Origin: Myxococcota bacterium
GTDB lineage: Bacteria > Myxococcota_A > UBA796 > CAJQPC01
DNA length: 64,000 nt
Reading direction: 5' to 3'
Assembly (NCBI GenBank): GCA_036229005.1
Contig: JAZAMN010000020.1
Span: 32,001 to 96,000 of the forward strand
Under the pieces are notes generated by a model. It saw only the letters and a list, made by a program, of their open reading frames with translations, searched no databases and had not been told where the DNA came from. Both the position numbers and the translations under genes were made by a program. Below, piece after piece: positions 58,903-64,000 of the stretch; positions within the stretch are counted from its first letter, which is position 1; the number at the start of each line of letters is the position of its first letter.

Positions 58903-59889
58903 TCAGGGTTCTGCGGGCTCTGGATCCACCTTCCCGGGAGTCTCGGGCGGCGCCTCACTCTCGTCAACCCCCTCGATCCCAGCGAGGACATCGAGGAGCG
59001 GACCGAGCTCTTCGAGCTGATCGGCGTCCAGCTTGGGCAGAGTGACCTGCAGGCGGGCCAGCAGGTTGCCGGTCTTGGAGCCACGCTTGACGCCCTTGCC
59101 CTTGAGGCGGAGGACCTGCCCGGTGTCGGAGCCCGCGGGCACCTTGAGGCGCAGGGGGCCCTGGAGGGAGGGGACCTCGATCCGACCGCCGCGCAGCAGG
59201 GTCACCAGGGGCACGGGCACCTGCACCTCCAGGTCCAGGCCCTTGCGGGTGAACACGGGGTCGGGGCGCACGTGGATGGTCAGCAGCAGGTCGCCGGGCC
59301 GGCCGCCGTTCCGGGAGACCTGGCCCTTGCCCTTGAGGCGCAGGGTGTCGCCGTCCTTGGCGCCCGCGGGGATGCGCACCCGGGTGGGGCCGCCGCCGGA
59401 GCGGTTGAGCTGGACCTCGGTCCCGAACACGGCCTGGCGGAAGTCCAGCTCCACGTTGGCCCGCAGATCGAAGCCCGCGCGGGGGCCGCCGAAGCCGCCT
59501 CCGAAGCCGCCTCCAAAGCCCTGGGCGCCGCCGAAGCCGCCGCCGAATCCCCGCCCACCGGCGAAGCCGCCGCCGAACATGGAGTTGAGCATGTCCTCCA
59601 TCGAGACGCCGCCGCCGCCCTGCTGGAACTGCTGCCAGCGCTTGGCCTGCTCTGCGTCGAAGCCGGCCTTGGTGGCCTGCTCTCCGAAGGTGTCGTAGGC
59701 CTTGCGCTTGTCTTCGTCTCCGAGCACGGCGTAGGCCGCAGAGACCTCCTTGAAGCGCTCTTCGGCCTTGGGGTTGTCGGGGTTTGCGTCGGGGTGGAGC
59801 TCCTTGGCGAGCTTGCGGTAGGCCTTCTTGATCTCTTTCTGGGAGGCGGACCGCGACACGCCGAGGGCTCGGTAGAGCCTATCGTCCAT
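58903..59889 (-). CDS. DnaJ-class chaperone without Zn finger (CbpA-like)
   Basis: J domain with HPD, G/F-rich region, DnaJ C-terminal domain, no CxxCxGxG. Confidence 0.9.
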   Translation of the reverse strand: MDDRLYRALGVSRSASQKEIKKAYRKLAKELHPDANPDNPKAEERFKEVSAAYAVLGDEDKRKAYDTFGEQATKAGFDAEQAKRWQQFQQGGGGVSMEDMLNSMFGGGFAGGRGFGGGFGGAQGFGGGFGGGFGGPRAGFDLRANVELDFRQAVFGTEVQLNRSGGGPTRVRIPAGAKDGDTLRLKGKGQVSRNGGRPGDLLLTIHVRPDPVFTRKGLDLEVQVPVPLVTLLRGGRIEVPSLQGPLRLKVPAGSDTGQVLRLKGKGVKRGSKTGNLLARLQVTLPKLDADQLEELGPLLDVLAGIEGVDESEAPPETPGKVDPEPAEP

Positions 59890-59955
59890 GGGGACCTCCA
59901 TATGGGGTGCGTTGGGCCAAAGCTACGCACCGGCCCATCTTTGCAAACCCAGGCC

Positions 59956-61065
59956 TCAGCCCCCGCGCTCTTCGAGCAGCTTCTTGGCGCCGCCCTTGCC
60001 GTACTTGCTGTCCCAGCCGTGGGGGTTGACGAAGCTCTTGAAGAGCAGCTCGTTGAGCGTGACGCCGCCCTTGCGGCCGCCCTCGGAGACCAGGCCCTTC
60101 TCCTTGATCTCCGACAGCTCCAGGTCGTAGTCCAGCGACCGGGAGGATGCGGTGCTGGGCTCCAGGGCGTCGAGCACGGCGGTGGCGACCCCCGCGCTCT
60201 GGCAGGCGTCCACGATGGCCGTGAGGTGCCAGCCGTTGGTCACGGCGTCGGAGGCCAGGTTCCCGATCACGCCGTACTGGGTGAAGCCGTCCATGAACTC
60301 CAGATCGCCCACCTTGGCGCTGTGGGCGTTGACCCCGGCCAGCCCGTAGTCCTTGACGCCGTGGCCGGCGTAGTAGACCCGGATGTCGTCCCCGCGCTTG
60401 GCGTACTTGGGGATGTCCTCCAGCGCCTTGGTCATCTCGCTTGAGTCGACGTCCAGGAAGCTCACCACCGAGAAGCCCTCGCTCTCCCAGCGCCCCTGCA
60501 TGGCCTTGGCGTCCTTGACGGGCTCCGGCAGCTTGTTGAGCTCCTTGTAGTCGCTGTTGCCGATCACGCAGGCGAACTTTCGGCCGCTGCGGGGGGCGTC
60601 GCCTCCGTCCCTGCGCTTGGCGGAGACCACGTCCCCGCCCACGTTGATGTCCTCCCGGCTGGCCATGGTCAGGCGGGTCTCCCGGGACCACTCGGGGTGC
60701 TCCTCCGAGTAGCCGGCGTAGGCGTCGTAGAGCGAGTAGCTGTCGTGCGTGAGGCCTTCGTCCGAGCTGCTGTTGGCCACGAGCGCGCTGCCGTCGGCCC
60801 AGGCGTTCAGGTCGACGCTGTGCTTGGTGGTCCCGCGCACGGTCTGGGTGGGGTCGGGGTACTCGATGTAGGGCGTGCCGTCCTCCAGCTCGACGATCTC
60901 GCGCTCGTCTCCGGGTCCAGGGCCGGCCTCGATCTCATCCCGCGTGGTCTCGGTGGGCCCCCCGCGGGTGAGCAGCGGGTCGCTGAGGGCGTCCTGCAGG
61001 TGGTCGGCGGCAGCCTCGGGCGGCGGGGCAGGCTGGAGCGTCTTCTCAGGGAGTGTCTGGACCAT
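59956..61065 (-). CDS. Caspase-family (peptidase C14) protein with an acidic N-terminal extension
   Basis: FACVIGNSDY...L..P..DA, YYAGHG, IVDACQS (His/Cys dyad intact). Confidence 0.85.
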   Translation of the reverse strand: MVQTLPEKTLQPAPPPEAAADHLQDALSDPLLTRGGPTETTRDEIEAGPGPGDEREIVELEDGTPYIEYPDPTQTVRGTTKHSVDLNAWADGSALVANSSSDEGLTHDSYSLYDAYAGYSEEHPEWSRETRLTMASREDINVGGDVVSAKRRDGGDAPRSGRKFACVIGNSDYKELNKLPEPVKDAKAMQGRWESEGFSVVSFLDVDSSEMTKALEDIPKYAKRGDDIRVYYAGHGVKDYGLAGVNAHSAKVGDLEFMDGFTQYGVIGNLASDAVTNGWHLTAIVDACQSAGVATAVLDALEPSTASSRSLDYDLELSEIKEKGLVSEGGRKGGVTLNELLFKSFVNPHGWDSKYGKGGAKKLLEERGG

Positions 61066-61132
61066 GCCCCCATCCTAGCGGCACCTCCCCCCTCTGCACA
61101 CCCTAGCGAGGTCCTAGCTCAGTCCGGCTGAC

Positions 61133-61837
61133 TCAAGGTTCAACGGTGACAAAGCGGCGCTCGGGCAGCAGCACCGCGCTCAGGGTCCCGTCCGACCAGC
61201 GCCCCGCGCCCGTGTCCACCGCGATCACCCGCCCATCGTCGTAGGGCTCCCGCTGGGCGACGTGACCCAGGATCACCGGCCGGTCCACCCAAGGCATCAG
61301 ATCGGGGTCCGTCTTGGACCACAGCAGCGCGTCCGGGTGCTTGTCCAGCAGGTGTGGGACGACCTCTTCGGCCAGCAGCCCCCCAAAGGACAAGAAGCCC
61401 GGGATGCCGGCGTGGATCAGCCAGTAGGGGCTGCCATCCACCCACAGGTCCAGCACGATGGGCAGCGCCCGCAGCCACTCCTGGTGCTTGGCCGGGACCG
61501 CCGTGTAGGCGTCATCCAGCTCGATCTGGCGCGGATCCACGCCGTAGGAGAGCAGCGTCGCGTCCCCCCCCATCCGGGGGCTCAGCGCGCCTCGGTCAAA
61601 GCCCCGTCCGTCGATCCAGTTGATCAGCCACTGCTCGTGGTTCCCCCGGACGCCGATGGCGTCGTGCCGGATCAGCAGCTCCACGCAGCGGGCCGTGTCG
61701 TTCCCCCGGTCGCAGACATCGCCGGCGATCACGACCTGCCGGCCATCCAAGCGGTCCAGCAGGCGCTCCAGCAGGTCCAGGCGACCATGGATGTCGCCAA
61801 TCACCGCTGCCTGGTCCAGATCAACGCGCTCGAGCAC
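61133..61837 (-). CDS. Metallophosphoesterase, PPP-type Ser/Thr phosphatase-like
   Basis: GDIHG, GDVCDRG, RGNHE, HAG, GH, VDTG. Confidence 0.9.
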   Translation of the reverse strand: MLERVDLDQAAVIGDIHGRLDLLERLLDRLDGRQVVIAGDVCDRGNDTARCVELLIRHDAIGVRGNHEQWLINWIDGRGFDRGALSPRMGGDATLLSYGVDPRQIELDDAYTAVPAKHQEWLRALPIVLDLWVDGSPYWLIHAGIPGFLSFGGLLAEEVVPHLLDKHPDALLWSKTDPDLMPWVDRPVILGHVAQREPYDDGRVIAVDTGAGRWSDGTLSAVLLPERRFVTVEP

Positions 61838-61975
61838 CCGCTCTCCGATCGCTTCGGATTCCCTCGAAACATAGCCTGCAAGCGGCTCTATTGGGTTCCT
61901 TTCTCAGCTCTGTCTCCTGTCGTGCGTGTGGAATCCGAAGAGCTACTGGATCCCTGCACCTTCTGGAGTCCCTTC

Positions 61976-64000
61976 ATGTCCAACCTCGCACAGGCCGCCA
62001 CCAAGCCCCAAACCTCCCCCCAGGCCGCGGCCCCAAAACAGAGCGACGGACTGCAGGATCCCTTGGTCAAAGCTGTGATGGCGAAGGATCCGCTGCTGAC
62101 CAAGCCCGGCTTCAAGGCGGCGACCCGCAAGGGCATGTTCGCCCGCCGCACCGGCCTGCTCGCGCGCGCCGACGAAGGCATGGAGGACCTGGAGAAGGCC
62201 CGTGACGATCAGGACGTCGAGGGGATCAAGGAGCTGGGCGGCTACCTGCTTGGCCTCACCGAGACCTGGGTCGCCAACCACGGCAAGGACCGGAACAGCA
62301 GCGGCGGCACCCTCAACCGCTACCAGGGGATGGAGAAGACCCGGGACATCCTCAAGGCAAAGGGCGCATCCTCTGGACCTGCCGGGGCGGTCTCCGATCC
62401 CGACGCTGAAGGGGATGAAGTCGAGGTACAGGAGGGCAAGGACCTGGTGATGGAGTCTCTGGACGCCGTGGGCGGCGTCCAGGGTGTGGGCGGTGACTTC
62501 AACGACATCACCGGCAAGGACAACTTCCTGGCCAAGGAGGACGGCACCGCGTTCACGAACGCTGGCGACGGCCTGGCCGGTGGCACGGGCGCCATCGCCG
62601 CCTCGATGGGCACCATCTACGACATCAACGAGGCCTACCAGAAGTTCAAGGAAGGCGAAGGCTTCGAGGGCAGCCAGAAGAGCGCAGAGGCCCTGCAGAA
62701 GACCTCGACCGCCGTCTCCAACGCCGCCGTGTTCAGCGGGGCTGTGGGCGCGGGGGATGACGCCACCAAGACCGCCGACCTCTCCGGCGGCATCGGCGAG
62801 ATCGCCGGCGGCGTGGCAGCAGCCATCGAGACCATCAAGGGCTTCAAGGACGTCTACGCGACCTGGAAGCAGCTCAGCATCCACGAGAAGGTGGACTTCA
62901 TCCGCGACCGCGCCAACAACCTGGGCGCCATCGCCCAGGCCTCCATCAAGGCCAGCGTGGGAATCGGCAAGTTCTCCGGCATGGCCTCCACCACCATCGC
63001 TGGGCTCGCCAGCAGCGGCGCTGGGCTGGGCGCAGCCATCGGCGCGATCGACATCGCCTCGGGCGCAGGCAGCCTGGTCCGCGTCTCAAAGAAGAAGAGC
63101 GAGCTCAAGAAGTTCCGCAGCCAACTCACCCACCTCAAGGCCATGCAGGCCAAGGCCAACGAGCTGGGCTCCACCGCGCCCCTGGCCAAGGAGCGCGCCG
63201 GGTTCAAGGACCAGGCCAAGTCCATCGCCGAGATCCACAAGCTGGGCAGCGGCTTCACCGAGCGCTTCGACAAGCTGCTCACCGACCGCGCCAAGGACGA
63301 CGCCTTCAAGGTCGGCACCGGCTCCCTGGACGTGGTCTCCGGCGTGCTGGCCGCGACCGGCGTGGGCATGCCCGTCGCGGTGGGCCTCGCAGCCTTCAGC
63401 ACCGCCCTCAAGCTGGGCAAGGCCGGCGTGCAGTTCGCCCGCGACAGCAAGGCCCGCACCCTGATCGACGGCGCTCGCTTCATCCGGGACGACGGCAGCC
63501 CCACGGGCCGCCCCGACGAGAAGGCCGACTACAACACCCTCGAGGCCCGGGCCGAGAAGCTCTACTACAACAACCTCGACAAGGTCATCTCCGACACCAA
63601 GCCCGGCGCGGTGCCCAAGGAGATCTGGGGCGGCATGGTCGAGTTCGTCCAGGAGGAGAAGATCTCCCGCCTGGGCAAGCCCGAGAAGGAGGACCACAAG
63701 CCTCTGGACCAGAAGGGTGCCGTCGGCGAAAAGAACGCCTGGTTCGCCCACAAGGGCAAGTACGAGCGCGCCCCCAAGGGCTTCTGGGGCAGCCTCAAGT
63801 CCTTCTTCTCCGCCTCCGCCCGCAAGTCCAGCCAGGCCAAGGCGGCCTCCCAGGCCGAGCTCGCCGACGCCGCCGTGGCGGTCGCGCAGAACGCCTACGT
63901 CCGCAAGGAGCTCAAGTTCATCGACGAGCTGCAGGTCACCCCCTCCTCCACGAGCGAGGAGCTGGAGAACGTCAAGTCCCAGACCGCCAAGGGCATGCTC
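61976..64000 (+). CDS. Large toxin/effector-like protein (675 codons in view, 3' end outside the window)
   Basis: My translation, absent from the ORF track because there is no stop. Open from ATG 61976 (GGAG RBS) to the window end with host-like codons. Helical, Gly/Ala-rich hydrophobic segments, no Cys seen, no signal peptide. Confidence 0.8.
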   Translation, partial: MSNLAQAATKPQTSPQAAAPKQSDGLQDPLVKAVMAKDPLLTKPGFKAATRKGMFARRTGLLARADEGMEDLEKARDDQDVEGIKELGGYLLGLTETWVANHGKDRNSSGGTLNRYQGMEKTRDILKAKGASSGPAGAVSDPDAEGDEVEVQEGKDLVMESLDAVGGVQGVGGDFNDITGKDNFLAKEDGTAFTNAGDGLAGGTGAIAASMGTIYDINEAYQKFKEGEGFEGSQKSAEALQKTSTAVSNAAVFSGAVGAGDDATKTADLSGGIGEIAGGVAAAIETIKGFKDVYATWKQLSIHEKVDFIRDRANNLGAIAQASIKASVGIGKFSGMASTTIAGLASSGAGLGAAIGAIDIASGAGSLVRVSKKKSELKKFRSQLTHLKAMQAKANELGSTAPLAKERAGFKDQAKSIAEIHKLGSGFTERFDKLLTDRAKDDAFKVGTGSLDVVSGVLAATGVGMPVAVGLAAFSTALKLGKAGVQFARDSKARTLIDGARFIRDDGSPTGRPDEKADYNTLEARAEKLYYNNLDKVISDTKPGAVPKEIWGGMVEFVQEEKISRLGKPEKEDHKPLDQKGAVGEKNAWFAHKGKYERAPKGFWGSLKSFFSASARKSSQAKAASQAELADAAVAVAQNAYVRKELKFIDELQVTPSSTSEELENVKSQTAKGML

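Noticed and set aside
61929..61944. Sigma-54 promoter upstream of the large ORF (TGGAATCCGAAGAGCT)
   Set aside because: GG/GC spacing fits but the flanking consensus, especially TTGC, is poor.
61976..64000. Gasdermin partner for the nearby caspase
   Set aside because: Far too long, predicted helical rather than beta-rich, and lacks the N-terminal Cys of bacterial gasdermins.

Overview
High-GC bacterial chromosome segment, most consistent with a Myxococcota-like deltaproteobacterium (MYXO-CTERM protein, sigma-54 promoters, several FHA/TPR proteins, Asp-rich lipoproteins). Bases 1 to about 7330 are the right-hand end of a tyrosine-integrase element: a Bro-N gene, two element-type hypotheticals, a lower-GC two-gene cargo cassette, an excisionase-like HTH gene and the integrase. 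The element appears to have inserted into the CxxxCxxC-coding region of a radical SAM gene and to supply it with a replacement promoter and 5' end. The rest is mostly core chromosome (def, dsbD, ribF, aroE, rplU-rpmA-obgE, rsfS, comF, divIVA, fumC, queE, trxA, a DnaJ-class gene). Accessory modules include: a radical SAM/SPASM enzyme with a fused precursor-like N-terminus and two coupled membrane proteins; an orphan tadC-DUF192-FHA cluster; a CheY/thioredoxin-like/membrane CheA-like triad; and, at the right end, a caspase-like protease and a large Cys-free toxin-like ORF (missing from the ORF track) that share an N-terminal P[EQ]AAA...LQD[AP]L...DPLLT[RK] leader. I recognised no rRNA, tRNA or CRISPR array. 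All family assignments come from reading motifs by eye; no searches were run.
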